A stretch of 64,000 nucleotides of DNA from Bacteroidales bacterium (GTDB lineage: Bacteria; Bacteroidota; Bacteroidia; Bacteroidales; UBA7960), in the NCBI GenBank assembly GCA_003556325.1, contig PWRF01000346.1:5520-69519 (forward strand). The letters run 5' to 3'. The stretch's first letter is position 1, and every line of letters starts with the position of its first letter. Shown here piece after piece: positions 26,957-36,755 of the stretch. A program made the position numbers and the translations under genes. The notes under the pieces were generated by a model. The model made no database searches. It was not told where the DNA came from and saw only the letters and a list, made by a program, of their open reading frames with translations.

Positions 26957-29467
26957 TTACAGGTTGTTCTTCAAAATCTGTTCCAAACTGACTTCGTCTT
27001 TAATTTTGACTTCCCGCGCCTTGCTCCCTTCGAAGGGGCCAACTATGCCGGCTGCCTCCAGTTGGTCAATGATACGTCCGGCCCTGTTGTATCCCAGTTT
27101 AAGTTTTCGCTGTATCAATGAGGTGGATCCCTGCTGAGTGCTTACGACCAGTCGTGCTGCGTCCTCGAAGAATGCATCTCTTTCCGACGGGTCCAGTGCA
27201 TCGCTCACAGCTGCGTCTTCTTCCAGGTACTCTGGCAAATGAAAAGCATCAGGATAGGCTCTTTGCGAACCAATAAAATCGGTTATCCTGTCAATTTCAG
27301 GGGTGTCAATAAATGCGCATTGCAGCCTTAGCAGGTCACTGCCTGTGCTAAGCAACATATCGCCGCGCCCAATGAGCTGATCCGCCCCTCCGCTGTCAAG
27401 TATTGTCCTGGAATCCACTTTTGCCGTAACCCTGAAGGCGATACGGGCCGGAAAATTGGCTTTGATGGTTCCGGTGATGATATTTACCGACGGCCTCTGT
27501 GTGGCAATGACAAGATGTATGCCAACTGCTCTTGCAAGCTGCGCAAGACGTGCAATGGGCAACTCTATCTCTTTGCCCGCTGTCATGATCAGGTCAGCAA
27601 ATTCGTCAATAAACAGGATGATATATGGTAAAAACCGGTGCCCCATATTGGGGTTGAGTTTCCGGTTTATGAACTTGTTGTTGTACTCTTTAATGTTACG
27701 GGCTTGTGCGTCTTTAAGCAGGTCGTAGCGGTTGTCCATCTCAACACACAAGCTGTTGATCGTGCGGATGACCTCACGGGTTTCGGTTACGATGGCTTCT
27801 TCAGTATCCGGGAGCTTCGCGAGGTAGTGCCTCTCGATCTTTGAAAACAGGTTTAATTCTACCTTTTTCGGGTCTATAAGGATAAATTTGACGTAGGCGG
27901 GATGTTTTTTGTACAGTATGGAGGTGATTATTGCATTAAGGCCCACCGACTTCCCTTGTCCTGTGGCACCTGCCATCAGCAGGTGAGGCATTTTAGCCAG
28001 GTCAGCAATAAATGTTTCGTTTGCAATAGTCTTGCCCAGCCCGATAGGAAGGTCAAAGCCAGACTTTTGAAACCGGTCGCTCGCCAGAATGGATTTCATG
28101 GAAACGATTTCCGGCTGGCTGTTTGGCACTTCTATCCCAATGGTCCCTTTGCCTGGAATAGGAGCAATAATGCGGATTCCGAGGGCAGCCAGGCTGAGCG
28201 CGATGTCGTTCTCAAGGTTTTTGATCTTTGATATTCGTATGCCGGGCGCGGGGATTATTTCGTAAAGTGTAACCGTCGGGCCAACGGTGGCTTTTATCTT
28301 ATCGATTTCAATAGCATAATTTTTCAGGGTCTCAATGATCCTGTTCTTGTTTTCTTCAAGTTCCTGTTTGTTGACATGTATGGTACCGCTTCCGCGATCG
28401 TCAAGCAAATCGAGGCCTGGCAGCTGAAAACGGGGTAAATCGAGAGTTGGGTCGTATTCGCCCAGCTCCGTCCTGCTGCCTTCATGGTCGTCGCTTCCAT
28501 ACGGATCATCCAGCTCACGATAGTCGCTGCCCGACACTTTGCCATCTGCCACCTCTATTTCCCAGTCCGGGTCTTCACCTGTTTTTGCAGGCTTTGGTTC
28601 GATATCTGTATCCAGTTCAACTTCGGCAGCTGTGTGATCGTCTTCATCTGGCACGGGGGCATGATCATCACCATTCTCAAGCTGGAATGCCGGATCCGGA
28701 AGCCCGCTATCTCCGTCATCCTCCTCCAGGCTGTCATCAGCAGGAGTGAGCGTGTTTTCCCCTGCTTCCGTTTCTTCTTCTTCTTCTTCTTGCTTCCGTC
28801 CGAAAAGGCCGGACACCGCATTTGCAATTGCGTGGAAGTTGGGGTCGAAGCGGAGGATGACCACAAGTGCCCCGGTGAAAAAAAGAAAAAACGCTGTGCC
28901 TATCACGCCAAGTAAGCCGTTGAGAAAGGCTGACGCCTCATAGCCAAAGCGCCCCCCAAGGATAAGCAGCTTGTCATCCGGGATGATGTATCCCAGGAAT
29001 ATGGATATCCAGATCAAAAGAAAAAACGAGTAATAGAAATTCTTTTTTAGCGGCAGCAGCCTGTATTTTGTGAGTATCCGGAACCCTGTGAGAAACATGA
29101 TGAATAAAATCAGGAAAGAAGATATTCCGAACCATTGTTTTATAAACAGATGGGAAAGCACCGCTCCAACCCTGCCCATCATATTGCTGACCTCTAACGA
29201 GGAGTCGGTAAGCAATGCCCAGTTGAAAGCCCTGCCATCCAGCCAAACATCATCTGCAGTCCAGGTAAACAGGTAAGACACAAACGCAAGGGACAAATAT
29301 GCTGACAGCAAAAGGAAAAACAGCCCCACGCTTTTTCTGAGCCGCTGGCTTTTAAAGAAGGCCTTCAGGGAAGTCCACGTTAACTCACGGCCCTCCAGGT
29401 CGTTGCTCTGGCTGTTTTTTTTCTGTTTGTATGTGTTCTTTCTGAACTTATTCACGTTTGCAGGCAT
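26957..29467 (-). CDS. ftsK: DNA translocase FtsK/SpoIIIE
   Basis: N-terminal TM segments, an acidic linker (EEEEEETE), a motor domain with Walker A GATGQGKS, and a C-terminal gamma domain (STSLIQRKLKLGYNRAGRIIDQLE). Confidence 0.9.
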   Translation of the reverse strand: MPANVNKFRKNTYKQKKNSQSNDLEGRELTWTSLKAFFKSQRLRKSVGLFFLLLSAYLSLAFVSYLFTWTADDVWLDGRAFNWALLTDSSLEVSNMMGRVGAVLSHLFIKQWFGISSFLILFIMFLTGFRILTKYRLLPLKKNFYYSFFLLIWISIFLGYIIPDDKLLILGGRFGYEASAFLNGLLGVIGTAFFLFFTGALVVILRFDPNFHAIANAVSGLFGRKQEEEEEETEAGENTLTPADDSLEEDDGDSGLPDPAFQLENGDDHAPVPDEDDHTAAEVELDTDIEPKPAKTGEDPDWEIEVADGKVSGSDYRELDDPYGSDDHEGSRTELGEYDPTLDLPRFQLPGLDLLDDRGSGTIHVNKQELEENKNRIIETLKNYAIEIDKIKATVGPTVTLYEIIPAPGIRISKIKNLENDIALSLAALGIRIIAPIPGKGTIGIEVPNSQPEIVSMKSILASDRFQKSGFDLPIGLGKTIANETFIADLAKMPHLLMAGATGQGKSVGLNAIITSILYKKHPAYVKFILIDPKKVELNLFSKIERHYLAKLPDTEEAIVTETREVIRTINSLCVEMDNRYDLLKDAQARNIKEYNNKFINRKLNPNMGHRFLPYIILFIDEFADLIMTAGKEIELPIARLAQLARAVGIHLVIATQRPSVNIITGTIKANFPARIAFRVTAKVDSRTILDSGGADQLIGRGDMLLSTGSDLLRLQCAFIDTPEIDRITDFIGSQRAYPDAFHLPEYLEEDAAVSDALDPSERDAFFEDAARLVVSTQQGSTSLIQRKLKLGYNRAGRIIDQLEAAGIVGPFEGSKAREVKIKDEVSLEQILKNNL

Positions 29468-29516
29468 GCCTTTGGGCTTCTATGAGATCGTTTAACAAAA
29501 ATAAGAAAATGCCGGG

Positions 29517-30914
29517 TTAAAACCCCAGGGTTTTCAACATAGACTTGTAGCTTTGTTCTTTGGCAAAAAGTTTGGTATGGTATTCGCCTTCCTCATCCTT
29601 GTCGATGATCACCAGCTTTGGCGCGGGAATGAGGCAGTGCTGCAAACCGCCAAATCCACCAAGGGTCTCCTGGTAGGCCCCGGTGTGAAACATCCCTATA
29701 TATTGCGTTGCCTCCTGGTCTATCTTAGGAAGGAAAACGGCGTTTGCATGCGATTCTGCATTGTAGTAATCCTGGCTGTCACATGTTAACCCTCCCAGGT
29801 TCACCCTTTCATATTCCTTGTCCCAGTTGTTCAAAGCCAGAAGAATGAAGCGCTGCTTACTTGCCCAAATGTCGGGCAGCGTGGTCATAAAGCTGGAATC
29901 AATCATATTCCACCTCTCGCGGTCGTTTTGTTGTTTCTGGTCGAGAATGGAATAGATGACGGCACCGCTTTCACCAACCGTGAACGCACCAAATTCAGTA
30001 AAGATATCCGGTTCCGGGATTTCATACTGGTCGCAGATCAGCTTTACCTGTGCAATGATTTCCTCTGTCATATATTCGTAGTCGTAGTCGAAGCCCAGCG
30101 AATTTTTCACCGGAAAGCCACCCCCGATATTCAGGCTGTCGAGCTCCGGGCAGATCTTTTTTAGCTCACAATAGACGTTTACACATTTTGAGAGTTCGTT
30201 CCAGTAATATGCATTGTCCTTGATTCCGGTATTGATGAAAAAGTGCAGCATTTTCAGCTCAAAACGAGGGTCATTCTGAATGTTTTTTTTGTAATAAGGC
30301 ACGATATCGTTGTATCGGATACCCAATCGCGAAGTGTAAAACTCAAACATGGGCTCTTCCTCCGCAGCTATACGAATACCTAACTTGCACTTTTTGTCTT
30401 TACGTATAAGCTGATCGTATACCCTGATTTCCCCTTTATTGTCGATGACAGGGATGGTATTGCCGAATCCGCTGTTGATAAGGTCACTTATCTTTTCCAT
30501 GTACAAAGGCTTTTTAAAGCCGTTGCAAACAATATACCTTGATTTGTCTATCAGGCCTAACCTTAGCAGTTCTTCTATAATATAAATATCAAAAGCAGAA
30601 GACGTTTCGAGGTGGATGTCGTTTTTCAGCGCTTCCTCCAGGATGAAGCTGAAATGAGAGCTTTTCGTGCAATAGCAATAGTGATACTCACCTGCATAAT
30701 CTACCCTGGCCATCGCCACGTTGAACAAACGCTTGGCCTTTTGGATCTGCTGGCTGACCTTGGGCAGGTAACTGATCTTTAGGGGTGTGCCGTATTGCTT
30801 GACAAGATCCATCATGCAAATGTCATGAAAGTACAGTTCGTTGTCGATCACCTTGAATTCTTCCTGGGGAAAATCAAAGGTTTGCTCAATCAGGTCGATG
30901 TATTTATTTTTCAT
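29517..30914 (-). CDS. speA: arginine decarboxylase-like PLP-dependent decarboxylase (Orn/DAP/Arg decarboxylase family)
   Basis: About 465 aa from the ATG at 30914 (MKNKYIDLIEQTF). It has the YCTKS PLP-lysine region, LNIGGGFPV and GGLTCDS. Confidence 0.7.
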   Translation of the reverse strand: MKNKYIDLIEQTFDFPQEEFKVIDNELYFHDICMMDLVKQYGTPLKISYLPKVSQQIQKAKRLFNVAMARVDYAGEYHYCYCTKSSHFSFILEEALKNDIHLETSSAFDIYIIEELLRLGLIDKSRYIVCNGFKKPLYMEKISDLINSGFGNTIPVIDNKGEIRVYDQLIRKDKKCKLGIRIAAEEEPMFEFYTSRLGIRYNDIVPYYKKNIQNDPRFELKMLHFFINTGIKDNAYYWNELSKCVNVYCELKKICPELDSLNIGGGFPVKNSLGFDYDYEYMTEEIIAQVKLICDQYEIPEPDIFTEFGAFTVGESGAVIYSILDQKQQNDRERWNMIDSSFMTTLPDIWASKQRFILLALNNWDKEYERVNLGGLTCDSQDYYNAESHANAVFLPKIDQEATQYIGMFHTGAYQETLGGFGGLQHCLIPAPKLVIIDKDEEGEYHTKLFAKEQSYKSMLKTLGF

Positions 30915-30964
30915 ATCCGCATTAAATATAATAAAACAACTGTCTGCGATGGCACAACCGGCAC

Positions 30965-31060
30965 CTGTTGTCTGCAACTGCAAAGCTCAGGCAGCATACA
31001 AGATATGTGCTGGAGGTGCAGGCATATAACTGTTGTCTGCAACTGCAAAACTCAGGGAGC
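30965..31060. repeat. two 31-nt direct repeats (2 mismatches) with 65-bp period, upstream of speA
   Basis: ctgttgtctgcaactgcaaaGctcaggCagc at 30965-30995 and ctgttgtctgcaactgcaaaActcaggGagc at 31030-31060. The core ttgtctgcaa recurs inverted as ttgcagacaa at 31121-31130. Confidence 0.8.
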
Positions 31061-31076
31061 CGGGGTATTGTGATTT

Positions 31077-31122
31077 AAAGCTGACAGCCGTGCTGCCCTG
31101 CCAGCTTTGCCCTTTGTTTTTT
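31077..31122 (+). terminator. orphan intrinsic-terminator-like hairpin on the plus strand
   Basis: Stem aaagctg (31077-31083) / cagcttt (31102-31108), an 18-nt GC-rich loop, then tttgtttttt at 31113-31122. There is no plus-strand CDS upstream. Confidence 0.35.
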
Positions 31123-31245
31123 GCAGACAATTTTTTGCTCTGGTATCTTATCCTTCAGCAAATATAAAATAAACGGTTTTACAAATCAGATAGTGTTTGC
31201 TTGTTTCTGTTCTCCCCTGCCTTAATTTATAATCGCAACTCTTCT

Positions 31246-31299
31246 TTTAGTTTAACTTGAAAACCCACGTCCTTTTTGTGGGGTCATGTTCTGGCGGGG
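31246..31299. repeat. second copy of the yggS 3'-end segment
   Basis: See 21726-21779. The minus-frame translation here (..KPRQNMTPQKG) echoes the YggS C-terminus (..GPRQNMTTPK*). Confidence 0.8.
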
Positions 31300-31465
31300 C
31301 TTTACCCGCAGGCCTGTTCGGCCGAAAAACTCACGGTGCGAAGCAAAAATCGGGGTAAAAGCCGCCTTCTTTGGTCGTGGATAGTCGGATTTTAGCGAAT
31401 TTTTTTTACATTCAGTTCATTATTGATTGGCAAGAATGATAAAGGGGAGAAAGCCAGTAGCTTTT

Positions 31466-31873
31466 CTAATTGTTGCCTGCGGTTTGTTTTTTATGTTTTT
31501 TTCTTCTTTTCCGGTATTGAAGATACACGGATATGATTAATGCGGCGAGCCATCCCAGAAGGGTTATTATATCGGAGAACGAGGGAGTGATCTGAATACC
31601 CAGGAGGCGGTCGAGTATATACTGCACGTATGCTGTGGTGAGGTCTGTCCTCTCCAGTTGCCTGAGAACAGACCAGTGCCAGTCAGTAAGCGGGCAATAG
31701 CCGAGGCCGTAGAAGATCCCAAGGATAAACCAGGATATGCCGGTCAGCAACACGGCTGCCAGGTGGAAGATCCTCCACTTCGGATATATCCATCCAAAAA
31801 GTATAAACAGGATGAACACAGAGTGAAAGACCACAAAAAAGATATCAAGGACATGCAAAAAGAATTGGGACAT
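31466..31873 (-). CDS. DUF2784-like small membrane protein
   Basis: 135 aa with four hydrophobic helices, the motif GYCPLTDWHW, and a basic tail RKRRKKHKK. Confidence 0.55.
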   Translation of the reverse strand: MSQFFLHVLDIFFVVFHSVFILFILFGWIYPKWRIFHLAAVLLTGISWFILGIFYGLGYCPLTDWHWSVLRQLERTDLTTAYVQYILDRLLGIQITPSFSDIITLLGWLAALIISVYLQYRKRRKKHKKQTAGNN

Positions 31874-31881
31874 GGTGTGGT

Positions 31882-33282
31882 TTACCTTATTACGCGCATG
31901 CTTTTATCGAATCGGATATTGGCCGGGAAACCCCTTTCGGGTGAGAGTGACAACCACACGAACATGGCTCTTCCCACGATGTGGTCTTCGGGCACGAAGC
32001 CCCAATACCTTGAATCTTCAGAGTTGTGCCGGTAATCACCCACCATCCAGTAATAATCCATTTCGAAGGTGTACGTTGTTGTTTTTTCGTTGTTGATATA
32101 GATGGCGTCGTTTGTTATTCTCAGGTCGTTGCCTTCGTACTTGCTGATTATCCTTTCGTAAAGGGCTATGTTTTCGTTGTTGATTTCAACGGTAGCACCT
32201 TTTTCCGGTACATACAGGGGGCCCATGTTATCCTGGTTCCAGGGGAATGCATGATCATGAGGGAAAATATGCCTTTTTGCTTCTCCCCGGGGTTCCACTC
32301 TTTTCGTTACTTCGGTGATCCCGCTGAGGTTCCTGAGCGTCGCTGCTGTCTCCCTGGTCATGGCCATCATGTATGTCCCGGGTATCTGCTGAGCCCAGTC
32401 GGTTATGTCGAGCCTTCTTAACCGCCTTGCTGAGAGCGGGTCATCAGACCGGACCCTGTAAAAGTGTTGCGCTTCAGGAGGGTCTGGCTGCCGTTGGTTA
32501 TTTATGTATACTTTCGCCTCGCGCAATTCAAAGGTGTCGCCGGGTATGGCGAGAGCACGCTTAATATAGTTTTCTCTCTTATCTACAGGCCTTTCTATGG
32601 GATCTGCAGGATTGTTGAACACAACCACATCGTTGTTACTGATGCTGCGTATACCGGGAAACCTGTAATGAGGCAGACTGATCCACTCGACGTAGGATCT
32701 TACATTTTCTGTTAGCGGCAGCGTGTGATGTGCAAAAGGAAAAGCAATGGGGGTGTGCGGAACCCTTGGCCCGTAACTGAGCTTGCTCACGAAGAGATAG
32801 TCTCCCACAAGCAATGATTTTTCCATCGACGACGTGGGGATCGTATACGCCTCAAGCATGAAAGTCCGGATAAGAGACGCTGCAATTACGGCAAAAATGA
32901 TGGCATCGGCCCATTCTCTTACTGCTGATTTTTTGATTACCGGCAGATCTTTCGGATGTGTATACTGTTGTTTGCGCGAAAATCCCAGCCAGGGGAGAAA
33001 TACAAAAGGAAACAAAACACCCAGTGCCTGCTCCCCCAGTCCGTCTTTTCTGAAGCATTTCAATGTTTCTACCACCATCAACAGGACTGTAAACACATTT
33101 ATGAAGGGGATCAGAATAAACACGAACCACCAAAGGGGTTTGTGTATGACTTTTAACCAGATGTAAAAGTTATAGAGTGGTATAATTGCCTCCCAGCCGC
33201 GGTATCCTGCCTTTTGAAATATTTTCCAAAGGCCGGCTACAGAGGCCAGGAAGAAAATGATTGTCAGGATCATGTATGCCAT
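31882..33282 (-). CDS. lepB: signal peptidase I (long Bacteroidota type)
   Basis: Catalytic Ser motif IPTSSMEKSLLVGDYLFV and box E GDYRHNSEDSRYWGFVP. The ATG at 33282 (MAYMILTIIFF) avoids overlap with dapB. Confidence 0.85.
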   Translation of the reverse strand: MAYMILTIIFFLASVAGLWKIFQKAGYRGWEAIIPLYNFYIWLKVIHKPLWWFVFILIPFINVFTVLLMVVETLKCFRKDGLGEQALGVLFPFVFLPWLGFSRKQQYTHPKDLPVIKKSAVREWADAIIFAVIAASLIRTFMLEAYTIPTSSMEKSLLVGDYLFVSKLSYGPRVPHTPIAFPFAHHTLPLTENVRSYVEWISLPHYRFPGIRSISNNDVVVFNNPADPIERPVDKRENYIKRALAIPGDTFELREAKVYINNQRQPDPPEAQHFYRVRSDDPLSARRLRRLDITDWAQQIPGTYMMAMTRETAATLRNLSGITEVTKRVEPRGEAKRHIFPHDHAFPWNQDNMGPLYVPEKGATVEINNENIALYERIISKYEGNDLRITNDAIYINNEKTTTYTFEMDYYWMVGDYRHNSEDSRYWGFVPEDHIVGRAMFVWLSLSPERGFPANIRFDKSMRVIR

Positions 33283-33293
33283 TGTTCTTGGTT

Positions 33294-34031
33294 TTAAAAG
33301 TTTAAAAGATCTTTCATGCCGAAAACGCCCTGTTTGCCATGCACCCATTCGGCTGCCAGAATGGCTCCTTCAGCAAAGCCGCTTCTGTTGTGTGCTGTGT
33401 GTTTAATCTCTATACTATCGATGGAAGAGTCGTAAGAAACGACATGCGTACCGGTTACATTTTCGACGCGGTAAGATTTGATGGGTAAGACCCCGTTGGT
33501 TGGGTTATCATCTGCATTTCCCCACTTGCTGAGGTTCTCCCGTTTGCTTATGATGTCTTTTGCCAGGGAGATTGCTGTGCCGCTGGGTGCATCCAGTTTT
33601 TGGGTATGGTGTGTTTCGGTGATCCCGGGGCTGTAGCCTTCGGCTTTAGCCAGCATTGACGCAAGTTTGCTGTTAAGTTCAAAGAAAATGTTTACTCCGA
33701 TGCTGAAGTTGGAAGCATGGAAAAGTGTACGCGTGTTTTCTTCACAAAATTTCAAGATCGCGGGCATCGCATTTAGCCATCCCGTGGTGCCGGTTACAAC
33801 CGGCAGGTCAAGTTCGAAGCATCGCTTAATATTTCCCGGTGCTGCGTCGGGAGTGGTAAACTCCATTGCCACGTCGCATTCCGCAAGTTTTTCCCTGTGA
33901 GCATCCCAATCGTCTTCGTTATCTATTATTACTCTAACTTCGTGATGGCGTGAAACAGCCATTTTTTCAATCGCCTTTCCCATTTTGCCGTAACCTATCA
34001 ATGCGATTTTAAGTTTTTTATTCATGCTCAT
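33294..34031 (-). CDS. dapB: 4-hydroxy-tetrahydrodipicolinate reductase
   Basis: Motifs IALIGYGKMGK and ETHHTQKLDAPSGTA. Confidence 0.9.
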   Translation of the reverse strand: MSMNKKLKIALIGYGKMGKAIEKMAVSRHHEVRVIIDNEDDWDAHREKLAECDVAMEFTTPDAAPGNIKRCFELDLPVVTGTTGWLNAMPAILKFCEENTRTLFHASNFSIGVNIFFELNSKLASMLAKAEGYSPGITETHHTQKLDAPSGTAISLAKDIISKRENLSKWGNADDNPTNGVLPIKSYRVENVTGTHVVSYDSSIDSIEIKHTAHNRSGFAEGAILAAEWVHGKQGVFGMKDLLNF

Positions 34032-34043
34032 AATGTTGTCGTT

Positions 34044-34661
34044 TTAAAATCTTAACCTAAGAGTGAACTGAGCACTATGAGAGGTATTTCCAATGCTGAG
34101 CTCAGAAGGTATGGTCGTTGGCTCCATCCTCAGAGTAAGGTCTTCTCCTACGTCGAAAGTCATCAGGTGGGCGTCCACGCTTGCATCCAGTATGTTGAGA
34201 AGGTAGAGGGCAGCGGTGAGCATGTAAGTGATCTCCAGGTTTCTGCGGTAGAAATTCATGGCCCGTTCCAGCTCACCGTCTGAATGCAGGGGAAAATCGT
34301 CTACTGTGTTGGGGTTACCGTCAATCCTGGCAATCCATGCATTGCGCCACTTTCTGTAATTGCTGTTGTTAAAATCAATGAAATAGGCAAGGGTTCCGAA
34401 CCCCGCATATATAACCGGGACTTTCCAGTATCTTTTGTTGTATATCTGGCCGAGGCCCGGGAGAGTGGCCGAAAGCATGGCTGCCCTTGCAGGGGAAGGT
34501 TCAAACACTTCGGTCTCGTTCAAAGGCCTGACCTGATCGTTATTTATGGTAAATGCGTGAACAGGCGAGGTATTGAAGGCGGAGAGATAAAAAAAAAGTA
34601 CACAGGCCAGACCAGCAATCAGCTTGTTGGGGAAATGGCTATACTTTTCTCTGCGGTGCAT
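34044..34661 (-). CDS. DUF5683-like membrane protein (conserved downstream of parB in Bacteroidota)
   Basis: Motif SATLPGLGQIYNKRYWKVPVIYAGFG, plus its position in the parAB-dapB-lepB block. Confidence 0.6.
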   Translation of the reverse strand: MHRREKYSHFPNKLIAGLACVLFFYLSAFNTSPVHAFTINNDQVRPLNETEVFEPSPARAAMLSATLPGLGQIYNKRYWKVPVIYAGFGTLAYFIDFNNSNYRKWRNAWIARIDGNPNTVDDFPLHSDGELERAMNFYRRNLEITYMLTAALYLLNILDASVDAHLMTFDVGEDLTLRMEPTTIPSELSIGNTSHSAQFTLRLRF

Positions 34662-34697
34662 GTTGAAAAATTTCTGTAACGAGACAGCAGCCTGGCA

Positions 34698-35612
34698 TCA
34701 TTGTTCACTAAGCTTACCAGCAATAATGGCAAGTTGCTCTTGCGATTCAAAGGCTATCACTATGCTTCCTTTGCCGTCTTTCTTGTTTTTGATGCTTACC
34801 TTGGTGTTAAATATATTACCAAGGCTTTCCTGCAGTTCTTTCTGCTCTTCGGTAAGTTGTTTTTTCAGTGAGGTTGTTTTGTGCTTTGGGGCCTGGTCCG
34901 CATCATCCGGGGTTATGATTTGCCTGACTATTTCTTCCACTTCGCGGACTGAAAGGTTTTGTGCCAGGGTATCCTGGTACACTTCCAGCAGGGTGGTTAC
35001 ATCATCCAGCGGAAGAAGAGCTTTTGCATGACCCATGCTGATGAGGTCCTGCCTTAGGCCAAGCTGAATTTCTCCCGGCAGGTTTAGGATCCTTAGGTAG
35101 TTGGCTATGGAGGACCTGCTTTTGCCCAGTCGCTCGCTTAACCTCTCCTGTGTAAGAGCATAGTCGTTTATGAGTTGTTTATAACCGAGTGCTATTTCAA
35201 TCGGGTTGAGGTTTTCGCGTTGAATATTTTCCACGATTGCCATTTCCAGCATGGCGTTTTCATCGGCTGCCACAATATAGGCCGGCAGGTCCGACAGACC
35301 TGCAAGCCGGGCTGCCTTTAGCCGCCTTTCTCCGGATATAAGCTGCAGCTTATTATCTTCCAGCTTGCGAACGGTAATGGGTTGTATCACTCCCTGTTCT
35401 TTGATTGAGGCAGCCAGGTCGTTCAGCGCTTCCTCGTCAAAATCGGAGCGGGGTTGGTGCGGATTGGGCTCAATAATGTCGACGGGCACCTTGCCGATAG
35501 TACCTGTTGGCAGCAGGTCTTTTTCCACATCATAGGTGGGTTGTGCTTCTATGCCGCTTTGATCCAGCAGTGCTCCCAATCCCTTACCCAGTGCTTTTTT
35601 CTTGGCATTCAT
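34698..35612 (-). CDS. parB: chromosome partitioning protein ParB
   Basis: Motifs QPRSDFDEEAL and GERRLKAARLAG, with an HTH region. Confidence 0.9.
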   Translation of the reverse strand: MNAKKKALGKGLGALLDQSGIEAQPTYDVEKDLLPTGTIGKVPVDIIEPNPHQPRSDFDEEALNDLAASIKEQGVIQPITVRKLEDNKLQLISGERRLKAARLAGLSDLPAYIVAADENAMLEMAIVENIQRENLNPIEIALGYKQLINDYALTQERLSERLGKSRSSIANYLRILNLPGEIQLGLRQDLISMGHAKALLPLDDVTTLLEVYQDTLAQNLSVREVEEIVRQIITPDDADQAPKHKTTSLKKQLTEEQKELQESLGNIFNTKVSIKNKKDGKGSIVIAFESQEQLAIIAGKLSEQ

Positions 35613-35697
35613 GCGATTGAAATTTTATTGAATCGGTATTTTCATACCTTTATTATGACAATCATCCTGTAAGTTGTAACGCGCAGATGGGATAAAA

Positions 35698-36501
35698 TTA
35701 TATGTTTATTTTTTTATCTGCCTTTCTCATTTTTGTCATCCCGTTCTTTTGCAGGATCTCTCTTGCAAGGTTGAGGTGGTTAAGCGATCCGCGGCTTTGG
35801 GCGTCGTGCATAATAATGGTCTCTCCAAAACTGGGCGCCTCCCCAAGCTTGATATTCCTGTATATCACCGTGTCGAAAACCAGATCCTGGAAATGCATTT
35901 TCACTTCTTCCACCACCTGGTTAGCCAGCCTGAGCCGGGCATCGTACATGGTCAGGAGAATCCCTTCAATTTCAAGTTTTCTGTTTAGCCTGGATTGTAC
36001 GATCTTGATGGTGTTAAGGAGTTTTCCAAGACCCTCCAGGGCAAAATACTCACATTGCACCGGGACAATCACAGAATCAGAAGCTGTCAGTGCGTTGACG
36101 GTAACCAGTCCGAGAGAAGGTGAACAGTCTATAATTACAAAATCATACTGATCTTTCACCTTGTCAATTACCTTGCGCATCATTTGTTCGCGGTTGGGCA
36201 TATTGATCATCTCTATCTCAGCTCCGACGAGATCAATATGTGCAGGGATCAACTCCAGGTTTGGTGTTTCTGTTTTAATGATGATGTTCCGGGGGTCTAC
36301 ATCGTCAATAATACACTCGTATATACTTGTCTTAACGTGTTTTGGGTCTATGCCTACTCCTGAAGTAGCATTTGACTGGGGGTCTGCATCTATCAACAGC
36401 GTTTTGTGTTCAAGAACGGCCAGGCTGGCAGACAGGTTTATGGCGGTGGTGGTTTTTCCGACACCCCCTTTTTGATTGGCAATGGCAATGACTTTACTCA
36501 T
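35698..36501 (-). CDS. parA: chromosome partitioning ATPase ParA/Soj
   Basis: Deviant Walker A NQKGGVGKTTT. Confidence 0.9.
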   Translation of the reverse strand: MSKVIAIANQKGGVGKTTTAINLSASLAVLEHKTLLIDADPQSNATSGVGIDPKHVKTSIYECIIDDVDPRNIIIKTETPNLELIPAHIDLVGAEIEMINMPNREQMMRKVIDKVKDQYDFVIIDCSPSLGLVTVNALTASDSVIVPVQCEYFALEGLGKLLNTIKIVQSRLNRKLEIEGILLTMYDARLRLANQVVEEVKMHFQDLVFDTVIYRNIKLGEAPSFGETIIMHDAQSRGSLNHLNLAREILQKNGMTKMRKADKKINI

Positions 36502-36755
36502 ATAAAAAATATAAAAAACAACGGTTGTTTTTAATGCGTTTTGGTTGCAAAATATTTAGCAAGCATTGATATACAGCCAGGTCGTTGCCTTTTGGCGGAT
36601 AATGCAAAAGCTGAACCGGTTCTTACGACACTGGTGACGCAGTACAATACTGTTTACGACTGACGCCAGGTTGCAAATTTACAACTTTAGCCAGCTTCCT
36701 GTTTGTTTTTTATGAAAAAAAACAGGGGTTTGTCTGATATCCGTTGCCAGGCCGC

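Noticed and set aside
28770-28800. (CTT)n trinucleotide run in ftsK.
   Set aside because: It encodes the poly-Glu part of the variable acidic linker. It is in-frame and typical for FtsK linkers.
34589-34597. A9/T9 homopolymer inside the DUF5683-like gene (and several 8-nt runs in lptB, dCMP deaminase and ftsK) as possible phase-variation tracts.
   Set aside because: All are in-frame Lys/Phe codon runs within intact housekeeping genes. There is no evidence of length heterogeneity from a single sequence.
34698-36755. Looked for a canonical parS (tGTTTCACGTGAAACa) in and around parAB, and for oriC-like DnaA-box clusters.
   Set aside because: I did not find a match by eye, so I cannot claim one. 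A proper pattern search is needed.
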